Part shown: in pieces, positions 40,724-52,740 of the stretch | How the letters are laid out: each line of letters starts with the position of its first letter | How positions within the stretch are numbered: position 1 is the stretch's first letter | NCBI RefSeq assembly: GCF_001194135.2 | Contig: NC_068982.1 | Span: 142,338,190-142,402,189 of the forward strand | DNA: 64,000 nucleotides | DNA from: Octopus bimaculoides | Lineage: Eukaryota | Reading direction: 5' to 3' | Notes under the pieces: generated by a model | Database searches by the model: none | What the model was told of the DNA's origin: nothing | What the model saw: the letters and a program-made list of their open reading frames with translations, nothing else | Position numbers and translations under genes: made by a program

Positions 40724-40813
40724 ACATGTTGATTGATTTATTCCTTTAACAGAATGAAAGGTCGATAAACATGTTGATTGATTTATTCCTTTAACAGAAT
40801 GAAAGGTCGATAA
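40724..40813. repeat. Perfect 45-bp tandem duplication
   Basis: acatgttgattgatttattcctttaacagaatgaaaggtcgataa occurs twice, head to tail. Confidence 0.9.
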
Positions 40814-42844
40814 ACAAGTTGATGTAGATCTTCAAGATACTTAAAGTTTCGTGGATGGGAAAAACAAAAGACGACCAACTCTCTGGACATTCGGAGGCAC
40901 ATTAGAGAAAAGGCACTTCTCTCTGATATGTGTGTGTGTGGGTGACAGTGAATGGGTGTATATGCTAGAGAATGGGAATTCTATGATACTGTCAACGTAC
41001 AGATGCCTAAATAATGAACATTTCAGTGTTACTACCAGTGTATACTACAAGTAGATATTTTATTCTCATGCAACATGGCTATGTTATTTCAGCAAAAAGG
41101 GTCTGTGTTTGAATCATGACGTTGATAAGAATGTTGTTATCTGACGAACTTGGTGCATGGAAGCTTTGCTGAAACATTGTGACATGTAAGAATATATATA
41201 TTCTTACAATTGCCCAAATATATTTATTTATATTAAGTAACGAAACGAAGGGAAAACAATCCTTCAAAATGTTTGTAAAACATCCAATTGACTGGTACGT
41301 CAGTTGAATACCGCATAAATATGTGTTTAATTCAAATTACGAACAATAAATTAAATAGAAAGATACAATTTACAATCTAATAATTTATTTATATTATAAC
41401 ATAATATACTATGAATATAATGTAATATAATATGATATAACAGAAAAAAATGTTAAAAAACAAAAAAGCCAACAATATATTTCGACTTATATACATTTTA
41501 AAAAAATAAACAATTCAGTTTCCTTATATAAGCCTCATCAGAGCAAATGGTTTGAAGACAGACGAAATTCCGTGCGAAAGGTCGGCTGGAGTGCAAAAGA
41601 CATTAATTCAAAGCCCTATGTATTATGAGCGTGAGCGTTAGCCATTCAACTACGTATCAATTTCAATTAAAAACAACAAAATTATAACGGACAAAATAAT
41701 TAAGTAAGCAGAATCTACAACTATCGAAATATATTTCTATATATCTCAAATAATATTAAACCAAACTTGTTTAGGTGGAATACAATCTTTCGCTATTACA
41801 ATAACATACAACTATATATATATATATATATATATNNNNNNNNNNNNNNNNNNNNNNNNNNNNNNNNNNNNNNNNNNNNNNNNNNNNNNNNNNNNNNNNN
41901 NNNNNNNNNNNNNNNNNNNNNNNNNNNNNNNNNNNNNNNNNNNNNNNNNATATAGTTATCTCTATTCCTAAAGGTGTGTTCATAGCTTGCAATCCGTATT
42001 TTAAATACAATTTTTCATTTACCCTATGTAAAATGACTGAAAGAAGTAAAAGAAAAAAGAAAATATGTGTATATAGATAGATATGCCGCTAAGCTTTTTA
42101 CCCGACTTGCTAATGATTCAGCCCGCTCACCACACTAAAGGCATTAAAATATTACCGTTCTTTCTCCGTAGTTCATCAACATGCAGTAATAGCAGTTATA
42201 TATGCCACAGATCATGTTTTAATATTGTAGACAAGGAGGGCACTTTGGATTACATGCTTCATAATTCATTATATTTTGGAGAAACACATGTTTGACCACG
42301 GCCAAAATGCTTTGACCATAGATCTGTTCACACTGGTCAATCGTGGAAACGAAATGCAACAACGATAGCAACAAGAATTTGCCAAATTTCTTTCAATTAA
42401 TCTATAGTGTACTTCGTGACGCATAAGTTCAATAATTAAATTATGTGTATACAGTAGTAGATAACCTCTAATCTTTGTATCTGGTGCAAACTCTTCAATT
42501 AGAACGTTAACATTTATTTGACTTTCACTATAATCAATGATTTCATATGATAGCGGCGCGGATTCACTTAATATTATACAATGAATATAGCAAATTGTTA
42601 CATACAAGTAATCTGCATAACACACCCCACACACACAGGCGAACACACACACTCACACACACACACACACACACGCACATAGATAAATATGTAATATCTT
42701 GTGAACAATTAGATGTACAACTGCTTCTGTTGAGATTAGAACTCCATGTAGAGTATTGTCAACTATTCTGCTTCTAGTTTAATGATGTAGTTTCTACTGT
42801 ACTTAGTAGTCTTACTGTATATGATATACAGAGCAAATGCCGGA

Positions 42845-43085
42845 GAAATTATAGTGAAAACAAATTTATGTAATTTCTCCTACATACGTTTCTCCAGTGT
42901 TCTTATTTGCAAATACTGCACTGGTTGCTCCTAATGCAACTAGATGCTAAACCACTACAGATAATAATGTTATCTGTGCATCATAATGCAATAAAGCTTT
43001 CTCTGAGGAAGATGGCACATGGAACATCCAATGCTGAAACGTATGTAGGGGAAAAATGACATAAACTTGTGATTATTATAATTTC
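42845..43085. repeat. Imperfect inverted repeat of about 50 bp (old MITE-like)
   Basis: 42845-42892 gaaattata..caaatttatgtaatttctcctacatacgtttc versus the reverse complement of 43036-43085 gaaattata..caagtttatgtcatttttcccctacatacgtttc. Confidence 0.6.
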
Positions 43086-43100
43086 AAATAAATATGTAAT

Positions 43101-43220
43101 AGGCGCACATGTGGATGTGTGGTAAGAAGTTGCTTTCTAGCCATATGGTTCCAAGTTCAGTTCCACTGCGAAGCGCCTTGGCCAAGCTTCTTCTACTGGC
43201 GCTTCGGGTTGACCAAAACA
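43101..43220 (+). mobile_element. tRNA-derived SINE head (CORE-like family)
   Basis: gtggatgtgtggtaagaagttgctt..atggttccaagttcagttccactgcg..gccttggccaag; same family as 31726 and 24529. Confidence 0.75.
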
Positions 43221-44029
43221 TGGTCACCTTTACCAACAGGGGCACTACTACTGCTACAACCAATAAAAAAAATCCCCTACGTGGACTATTGACACTAGTA
43301 AGGAACAATTATGAACTCTTCATTTAATTTCATTTTTTTAAATATGTATTTTTGATAAGGTTCGTTTTTACAAGAACCGAAACATGTTAAAAATATCTCT
43401 GACAAAATTCTAAATTAAAATTCATTTTTTTTTATATATTGGCGTTTTGAAACTCCTTTTTTATAAATNNNNNNNNNNNNNNNNNNNNNNNNNNNNNNNN
43501 NNNNNNNNNNNNNNNNNNNNNNNNNNNNNNNNNNNNNNNNNNNNNNNNNNNNNNNNNNNNNNNNNNNNNNNNNNNNNNNNNNNNNNNNNNNNNNNNNNNN
43601 NNNNNNNNNNNNNNNNNNNNNNNNNNNNNNNNNNNNNNNNNNNNNNNNNNNNNNNNNNNNNNNNNNNNNNNNNNNNNNNNNNNNNNNNNNNNNNNNNNNN
43701 NNNNNNNNNNNNNNNNNNNNNNNNNNNNNNNNNNNNNNNNNNNNNNNNNNNNNNNNNNNNNNNNNNNNNNNNNNNNNNNNNNNNNNNNNNNNNNNNNNNN
43801 NNNNNNNNNNNNNNNNNNNNNNNNNNNNNNNNNNNNNNNNNNNNNNNNNNNNNNNNNNNNNNNNNNNNNNNNNNNNNNNNNNNNNNNNNNNNNNNNNNNN
43901 NNNNNNNNNNNNNNNNNNNNNNNNNNNNNNNNNNNNNNNNNNNNNNNNNNNNNNNNNNNNNNNNNNNNNNNNNNNNNNNNNNNNNNNNNNNNNNNNNNNN
44001 NNNNNNNNNNNNNNNNNNNNNNNNNNNNN

Positions 44030-44270
44030 CGAACCATTCTGTACTCTTTCACCACAATTTTCTCACTCATACTCCCTGTTTCTGTTGTGTCTGTACTTCA
44101 AAGCGCCAGGCTTATAACACTGTGTGTCACGCTGAATCTCCCCGAGACCTACGTTAAGGGTATACGTGTCTGTGGAGTGCTCAGCCAATTACACGTTAAT
44201 TTCACGAGCAGGCTCTTCCGTTGATCGGATCAACTGGAACCCTCGTCGTCGTAACCGACGAAGTGCCACC
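44030..44270 (+). mobile_element. SINE body and tail (family of 55893-56216), 5' end lost in the gap; followed by (GATA)n
   Basis: Highly similar to 56060-56210 (ctacgttaagggta.acgtgtctgtgga..ccgttgatcggatcaactggaa). Its middle segment also matches the 13296 element. Confidence 0.85.
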
Positions 44271-45445
44271 AAATTGATAGATAGATAGATAGATAGATAG
44301 ATATAATATTCCTGATTGCGTTGTGAAGAAGCTCCCTTTGAACGCATATAGTTTCTGGTTATACATTATTGTGCAGCGCCTTGGGCTAATTACTTGGGCT
44401 GTAGCCCCAGATAAACATGTTTCTTTTGATCGAATTTGATAGACAGTAACTGCGGAAGTTTGTCGTATATATATATGTGCGTGCGTGCGTGTATGCGTGT
44501 GTTTCTGTGAGTATATGTCTGTCTGTTTGTCTGTGTCTGTCTGCGCGGGTGTGTTTGTGTCTGCTCTCCCATCTACCTGTCAAGTAGTGTTGTTCTGTTT
44601 ATGAGACTTTACAAGTAAGTTCTCGTCTGAATTCCTTCGATAGAACCCTTCATGCCGATAGCAAAGCATTATTACAGTCCAATGACTAAAAGTAGTAATT
44701 GATGCTGAATGAAAGATATATGTTTATGCGTGTGTGTCTGTGTGTCTGTGTGTGTGTATACACATATGTAAATATATATATTATGTATTTCTCATAATTT
44801 ATTGTTTTAGTAGCATATTCAAATACCTCCATAAACGTAATTGCATATCATTAATGCCTATGACTATTTGATATTAATACAATACTAATATCAATTATTA
44901 ATTTTAAGTATATTGTTTCTGTTGCAGGTAAGAATTCTTCTATTCAGTTGAGCGATTGCTGTTTGTCGGTAAGATTGCATTTCATACATTCTCGTTTAAA
45001 TGCCTCTATTACTTGTGTGTTTCTAGTTTGACATTCATAAATGTGATTGCATATCCAAATTGGTTTCTATTTAGTATCACGCTGTATGTGATATCACAAG
45101 GCTAATTCCCACAAATGTGTTGAAAGACGAATTTTCGGTGACACATGAACACAAATTCTGCAATTTCTTTTACAGTTTAAGTCTTTCGCAGAGGAAGTAA
45201 CAGATACATAACGCATAAAACTTTAAACAAAATTATTCAAAATCTGTTCGAGATTATTATTTAAAATTTGAATGCTCTAAAGATTCATTATTTGTATGTG
45301 TTTATACCTGTGTTTTAGAAATTTAAACACACACATACATTTATATCTGTATATGCATACATACATACATATATATATGGATATATATATATATAAGTAC
45401 GTATGTATGTATATATATATATATATATATAATCATACACATATA

Positions 45446-45508
<63 letters not shown>

Positions 45509-46990
45509 GTGTATAAGTAAATGCATATATATATGTATATGTATATATATGTGTATGCATATATGTTTGTGTGTATGTTTGCATGTATGTACGTATAGCT
45601 ATCAATTTAATAATTTGTCTGTGTATTATGAATCAATCTAACCATCCATCGCTTTAAATACGAACCGATTTATCTTCGTATCTCAATGCCTACATGTCTT
45701 TATGTCTCTATCTGTTCAGCAGTCTTGCACGCACAAACCAACATTCTCAAAATAGACTTTAATAATATAGTATATAATCATAGGTTAATGATATTGTTGG
45801 AATAAAGTAGCCGGTCAATTTCCTTCCTTTTTATTCCTTCATAACTAGATTCAGAATATGGAAAATGGAAATTCAAGAATAGAATTATTAAAGCTTGTCT
45901 CACAATTCGGTTGACTGCTGTCATAAATGACATTGGAATGTTATGTGTTTTTAAATTGAAAGGGTCTCTAGATAGATAGTTTTCCCGCCTCACTAATTTC
46001 CCTATCTCGCAAAATATCTGAATTGTTTGACATTTTGATATGGCTTCAGATATTGGCTGAGACCAAGAAACTTATGTGTGTACACGCACACAGACGTACA
46101 GTCACGCACAAATTTATTCGGTTCATTACATAAATACCGTTGAACAAAGATGTGGAGAGTGGCACATGCCTCGACTTCATTTGTATTTACGCAAGTTTAA
46201 ATGCCTATACACATACATATATATGTGTGCATATAAATACATATACGTATTTATGTATGGGCGTGTATATATGTATATATGTAGATATACATGTGTGTGT
46301 GAGTGTGCACGCGCGCGTGTATTTACTCACAAATGCACATGTGTATGTATATTTATGCATGTAGTTGTGTATATATAATTCATTGTTGCTCCGAGTTTCG
46401 TTGCCGATGTTCGGAATTTAACTTTAACGATTATCCAAAGATAAGAAGGTACAATTTCTGAGGAATGATTTCATAAAATATGGACCGAAGCATATTAACA
46501 TAATTGTAGGTGTACTTCTCAAAGCGTAAAGTTTTATTGTGTTTTAATTTTTGCACACCTTATAGTATGCTGGGCGTAAAGAAAACAAAGTGGTGTAAAC
46601 TAAAGGGATATGCAGATAAGGAAATTGTATAAACCGAAGATGATTACAGCATAAAATTAGCCTTGTCTCCCTCGTATTTTAATGTATTATGATAATATAT
46701 AAAGTGTCATTTCAAGGTCTGTCAGAGGTATTCATCTTGTGCTCTGAAGCTGTTAAATATAAAAGGCACTTCAATGTATAATCCCATACATCCAGTAACT
46801 AACATCGCAGTTGCATTTATAATAGCAGAGTCTCTTCTTGAGTTCTCGTTCGAGAGAAATGGCAATTTTTGTACCAGAATGTACGACTAGAAGAGATCGT
46901 CTGCTAGGAATAATCACGATATATTATTTTAATGACACAATACAAAAGTAAGGAAGTGAGGTAAACATCATGTATTGTAACCCTACTTAC

Positions 46991-47054
46991 CCTCAGAACG
47001 ACGGAATAATCTTGCAGGGTGTACAATTTTTCTTTGACCAGAGATGACCTGGGC
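46991..47054 (-). CDS. Candidate exon (64 nt); two open frames (AQVISGQRKIVHPARLFRRSE or PRSSLVKEKLYTLQDYSVVLR)
   Basis: Acceptor gttaattgttgctatttag| and a consensus donor GG|GTAAGT. Confidence 0.3.
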
Positions 47055-47328
47055 CTAAATAGCAACAATTAACTTTCTAGAACTTCAGATGCCCCCTTTT
47101 TGGTTTTCGTTTCGTCAACCAACGTTCGGATTTACAATTAAAGTTTTACCGCATAGACCCCCGTCTAATAATACCTTATGCCACGTTGAAGATGTTAAAC
47201 TTTGGTCACCATCTTGTCATTAAATAAAATGCTAAATCATGATGAAAAATATAGTGAAGAATGTAATCTACAATGGATTACAAGATCATGACTTCAACCA
47301 GTGACTTAATTTTGTTTGATTGAAGAAG

Positions 47329-47401
47329 TGAATTAAAGCCGACTTTAAGCGAATCACTGAAACAACATAATGAAGCAGAACATAAAAGAAAACTAGAGAA
47401 T
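47329..47401 (+). CDS. Candidate exon (phase 2-0), ELKPTLSESLKQHNEAEHKRKLEN
   Basis: Tandem AG acceptors (ttttgtttgattgaag|aag|), consensus donor |GTGAGT, and a charged open frame. Confidence 0.3.
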
Positions 47402-48297
47402 GTGAGTGACGATACTGAAAGAAAGAATTGATTGTATTGTATCTGATTGCATAGTCTTAGACGAAACAATATTTGAACATGCACGAATGGATAATAAACA
47501 TTTCTTCGTAGAAAATATTTAAAAATTGTTAAACATATTAGTCAGTAGCTTCTATTAATACACGCCAGTGTAGTTTATTCAAAACTGAAAAAGTAACCAT
47601 ATGATTGGATATTATTCTACTTTGCACGTTCGTGAGATAATATATTTAAAAAGATTATACTCAACAGAGAAATAATCTTTTGTGGGGTTAGTATTGGAGG
47701 TGTGTTATATCATGAACGCTTGTAATAACAAAGGGATCTATTTTCCAACAGAAGTACAAAATGTTTAAATTTGAAAGAGAAATGCATAAACATGTACAGA
47801 ATATGTGAATAAAAAAGAAAAAAATTCGAAATGCGATAAACGTATTACTGAATAAGTCTACCTAAGTTGTTGCACGAAAAGAAAAACAAATTGCACTGTC
47901 GAGAAAAAGAATGAGGAAGCGGTGAAATTAGGACTTCAGGCTTTTGAAGGTTGTTCTTTTGCGTTTGTTTGTAAGTGGTATTTGATTAAATTCTCGACTT
48001 CCTGGACTCAATAAAGTAAACAGTTCTTATATTTCCTAATGAATTAATCAACTGTATCATTTCGGTTTTGTAATAGCAGTTATAATAATTTCTTTCATTA
48101 GCAACTGGAGCATAGATGAGGGCGATATCACAGAGATAGATAACAATTTATGTGGAGGTTTATGTAGGGGAAGTGATGAAAAAATGGAAGAAACTAGCGA
48201 AATGCGATAAGAGTACAAATATTATACAAAGTGATAACATGAATGATTCAATCCTCCTGATACAAGAGAAACTCTAACTAGGGCCAAACAAAGAACC

Positions 48298-48310
48298 TGT
48301 AGTAGTAGTA

Positions 48311-48381
<71 letters not shown>

Positions 48382-48385
48382 TAAT
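48298..48385. repeat. (TAG)(TAA)n trinucleotide array
   Basis: Read directly from the sequence. Confidence 0.95.
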
Positions 48386-48404
48386 AATACTAATTTTGAC
48401 ACAA

Positions 48405-48500
48405 CTATAGTAATTTCGGGGGAGGTGGTAAATCGATTACAGGGACGCCAGTGTTCAAATGGTACTAATTTTATCGATCCCAAGTGAGGAAATGCAAGGT
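48405..48500 (-). mobile_element. SINE 3' remnant (family of 60325-60530)
   Basis: aatcgattac..ccagtgttcaaatggtactaattttatcgatcc..gcaaggtca matches the reverse complement of the family body. Confidence 0.6.
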
Positions 48501-49049
48501 CAATAATAATAATAACGATAATAGTAATATCTGCAGCGGCGTCGGTTGCAGCAGTAGCATCATTTATCATTAATTAAGATATTAACTGTGGTCACACAAT
48601 GTGTATGCCTGAAAAGGAAGCTGTTCAGCTGATTATTTTGATTTCTAGGAAATGATCATTTCTCCAATGGTACAGTGGTAGATGATAGATTTTTTTTCAT
48701 CCATGTATGCTATTGTTAGTGCCAAGGTCACCAATTACTATTATCCTAAATCGTTTAACGTGTGCGTAATATATTTTGAAATTTCCATCTCAAACTTTCA
48801 GTAATTAACAGTTTTCTCGTGTCCCTTGCTAGTGATGTTATATTTGTCCGGAACGGCACCATTATACAACATTTCCCTACCTCTTCACAGAGTACAAAAA
48901 CATCCGTTGAGGATGCTCCATCATTTTATATATTTGAAATGTTAATTCTCGCAAGATTATTACAGATTTATTAGTTTTAACACACTGTCACTCGTATGTC
49001 GGCAATATTCCTTTCTACTTTAAAATAAAATCTTTTGGCAAAAGTTATT

Positions 49050-51450
49050 GTATATGTAAACACAGTTTGAAATCACTCATTATATTGTCTTTTTATGATA
49101 GCATTTTGCACGACTAGATTCCAAACACGATCTTCATTTTCTGAATACATAACCTACAGTCATCAGATTCTTCCAGGTTATATGTATCCTCTATACAGCA
49201 GGCTTTGTATTGTGGGATTGGTTCTGGATTGTGAATATTAGACTTTCATATTCATGCTTTAGGACTCCCAAAGTTCAGCCAATCCCAAGACTGTTCGACT
49301 GGTTTGATTTTATCGTCCTCCTATCCCTTTCAATTGAATCACACCTACGATATATTGCTGCCTTTGATAATACAATCCCACCGTTTATATGTAATCTCCC
49401 CATGTATACTGTGTGCCATATTTCCAGCATATGGTGAGTTTCATATTCTCTATAGCTATTTCTCATATAAACCTAAACCACCACTCGACTATTTGTGCTT
49501 CGATTCAGCAATAACCGTATAATATATCATTTTATTCTTACTACAACTTTGAAGTTAATAGGCCTTCAATTTGCTCTTCAACCAAGGATATATAAATGAC
49601 AATTTTGAGTTCTATATTTCGCAAAATTATGGTATAGGTCAGCACCTAGCTTTGGCATTCTGCACCCCTTTTGCGTTTCTGATAATAGATCTCTCTTGTC
49701 CCAAATGCTATACATTTCCTCTACTCAGATGCCACTTATAAATTTCAAGATCTATGCTAAGCATGAAATATGACTATAATCATTGACGCACTAGCTTAAC
49801 TTTGCCCATTTGTATTAGACTCGACTTTCATTTTGTCATCCATGTTGATGTTTCATTTTCTTATAGATTCACTAAAAAAAAAACGTTGTACATAGAAGTG
49901 TATACTTCCGAGATTTCTTAGACAGAAATCCCTGGACACCATCTGCTCCAAAGTTTTTAAAATTTGGTATTGTTTTAATATTACAGTTCTATATTTAAGA
50001 GAAGAGGAATTATTGACATTATTTACATTTGACGGATATTTGTCCTCGTCTTGTCTGTTTTTAACACAACGTTTCAGTTGATATACCTGTTCATTCCACT
50101 TATAATGTTTTTGGCTCTTAAATTCTAACCAGAATTCTCTTGATGCTTCGGACTTTGGCACACCATTCCTTCATTCCCATGGTTCCCTGCTGGAAAGACT
50201 TATTTTCATTGTTCCTAAAGAACCTGTTCTACTGATAGCAATTATTTCGATATTGGTATCTAGATTTGTCCTTACATGCCTTAAATCTCTGTTTTATCTC
50301 TTCTTTAGTTGGAATCCCCTGTGTCTGATGCCGAACGTTCTTTGTAGCGCATTCTTTGTCTTTCCGTCATGTTTTCAATTAATACGTTTATCCCTTTTGA
50401 GCTGTTCAACTTGATCCTCAAATTTTACTTCCACCGTTGTTTCGTGGAGATTTTACCTCATCAATACCTACTTCAAAATCAGCTTCCCACTATGCATTTG
50501 TTATACTCTCAACAGTTATTTTTTGACGTTGTTTAGCCTCTTTACTACTTTACACAATTTTTTCCCCTTTCAAAGTTTGTTATCTCGTTTTTTCCATTTA
50601 ATTTGTATCACAATTTAACGTTTAAGTAAGCTCCTTTTCTCCTGTAATATACATCTCCGAAGTAAAACTTGCTTTCACTCTTGTTTCTATATCTCCTATA
50701 ATTGATTTTTCTTTTTCCTATTTCCTATTCAATTTTCTCTTTCACGTAGCTATGTTCTCCGGCTTCTACAGTTTTGAAGATCTCTCTCAGCTCAACTGCA
50801 ATAGTCATTGTCATTTCATAATTATATATTTTTAGGTGTACAAATCTTTGTTCCTTCAATGGCTAATTTATGCTTCCTTTTCCTACATCTTATTTCCAGA
50901 GAGTCCCTTCTGTAAAACATTTCATAACAAATCTATTGAAATTTTAAGACCTGTTTTCCTAATGCTGGCAGCAGGGTGCTTCGCTGAATACTGATATTAT
51001 TTTTATCATCGGATTCCACATTCCGTTCATTTTGATCTCCGCTCTGGATATATGGTCAGCTGAAATGTGATTTTCATGGAATTGGTCATTTTGGAAGGTA
51101 TATCATCGTTTTTAAATGCATGCCTTCTGTTCTTCACTTCTTGGTTTTTATAACGGTTTCAAACTTGTGGACTTGTAAGATTTTGTCAATGTGGATGAGT
51201 ATAACCGAGAGGATGGTGACATCGTTGTTTGGCTTATTCCTACCCCTTGTCACTTACCCTGTATAACCCTTGCCTGAGTAGGTACGCGTTATCTTGTTAT
51301 GCATGTCAATGCATTCGGTCGTTACTAGTTTCCAGGCATCCAGAAACCATGCTGTTAGTGGATTATTCCACTTCAGACTCATCTGTTCCATCATTCCTGG
51401 TGCGATATTAATAGGATCTGAATGAAACAAACTTATTTTCTACAATAATT
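49050..51450 (-). mobile_element. Long, heavily decayed R4/Dong-like non-LTR retrotransposon
   Basis: Ordered motifs on the minus strand: PKSEASREFW; ..ADGVQGF.L.N (expected NWKAPGPDGVQGFWLK); EEMYSIWDKRDLLSETQKGCR..ADLY; GRLHI.GG; VLKHEYESLIF; DDCRLC (zinc knuckle). Many stops and frameshifts; the 5' limit is uncertain. Confidence 0.7.
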
Positions 51451-52687
51451 ATCAGATTTTCTGTCTCTGCTTTCAGTACAGTGCCATAAAGATTTTGTTC
51501 TATCTACATTTGGCTCGCGTCTGCCTTTTCCAGTCCTTTTGATTACATCCCTTGCGTTATCTTGTCCCCACCTTGTTTTCTACAGTTGAATCTGATCATG
51601 GAGTTTTGCATTCTAGTTCAATCGGATGGTGTAAATTTTTATCACTTCGTTATTTGTCAGTTTGATTTGTGAGATATCAATCTCTTATTTGAAATGCTCT
51701 GCTTCTTTTCTGATTGAGCATATCTGATATTTTATGATTCGGAAGTGTGATTGTTTTCAGTTTCTGCGTTAGCTTCGCTTCCAGATCTTTAGTAGCAATA
51801 TTAAAGATTAGTTTTGAGGTAAATTAGATCTCATTCTCCAAAGCTCTTTGTCGATGCAGCCTGCCGACATTTGCTCTCGGGTGGTGATTGGGCAGATGAG
51901 TTGGCCATCGTGATGTGAATAACTCATAGATGAACATTTTCTATTGAATAAATTGCGCTACTACACGAAATCCTTCCATTAGCTGACGTCTGTGTGCACT
52001 GTACGTACATAGTGATGGCTTGCCAAAAATGCGTTCATGTTTGTGTTCCATATATCCACTATACAGTCCGCCTGAATAGATGTGTTGCCAAAACCATTTT
52101 CAATTTTATGTGTCATATATCAGAGAAAACAGCCAGATTGCTTCTATCCTACACCAAGTCATTAAATACTAGAGTCGGTGAAATGAAATCAATGTTTATA
52201 TTCAAGGAACAGGTGTACACGTAGAAACCTGCACATAAGATATTCCTGTTGTCTTTCAGTGTGATTAATAATAGAAATTTTTTTAATCGAATCCTGTTTC
52301 CGCGACGAAGCGCATTCATTTAACAGCGGAATCAGTGGAATATATCTACGACTAACATTCATACGTAATTATCTTCACAATTGTGCGTTTCTTATTTGTA
52401 AGACATCAAAGAAATAGCCCCACAGCAAAAATGCCAATTATCGCTACGAAAACATTCTTGTAAATTGTTTTTAGATACTACCAATAATATTCGCTGAAGA
52501 TTATAGCTACATGTGCGGAAAAAGTAAATTACCTACAAGAGTAAGTAAGAAATTACTAAAAAAACAAATTTGTTGGATTTCTTTCGTTATATTTTTTATA
52601 TTTTTATGATAATAGAAGTGAAATCAATAAGAATTGGTAAGCGAATAACACACATCCAATCACATATACGTATACACATATATACAC

Positions 52688-52740
<53 letters not shown>

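Noticed and set aside
39341-40813. Regularly spaced repeats as a CRISPR-like array
   Set aside because: They are tandem units with no unique spacers, in a eukaryotic context with no cas genes.
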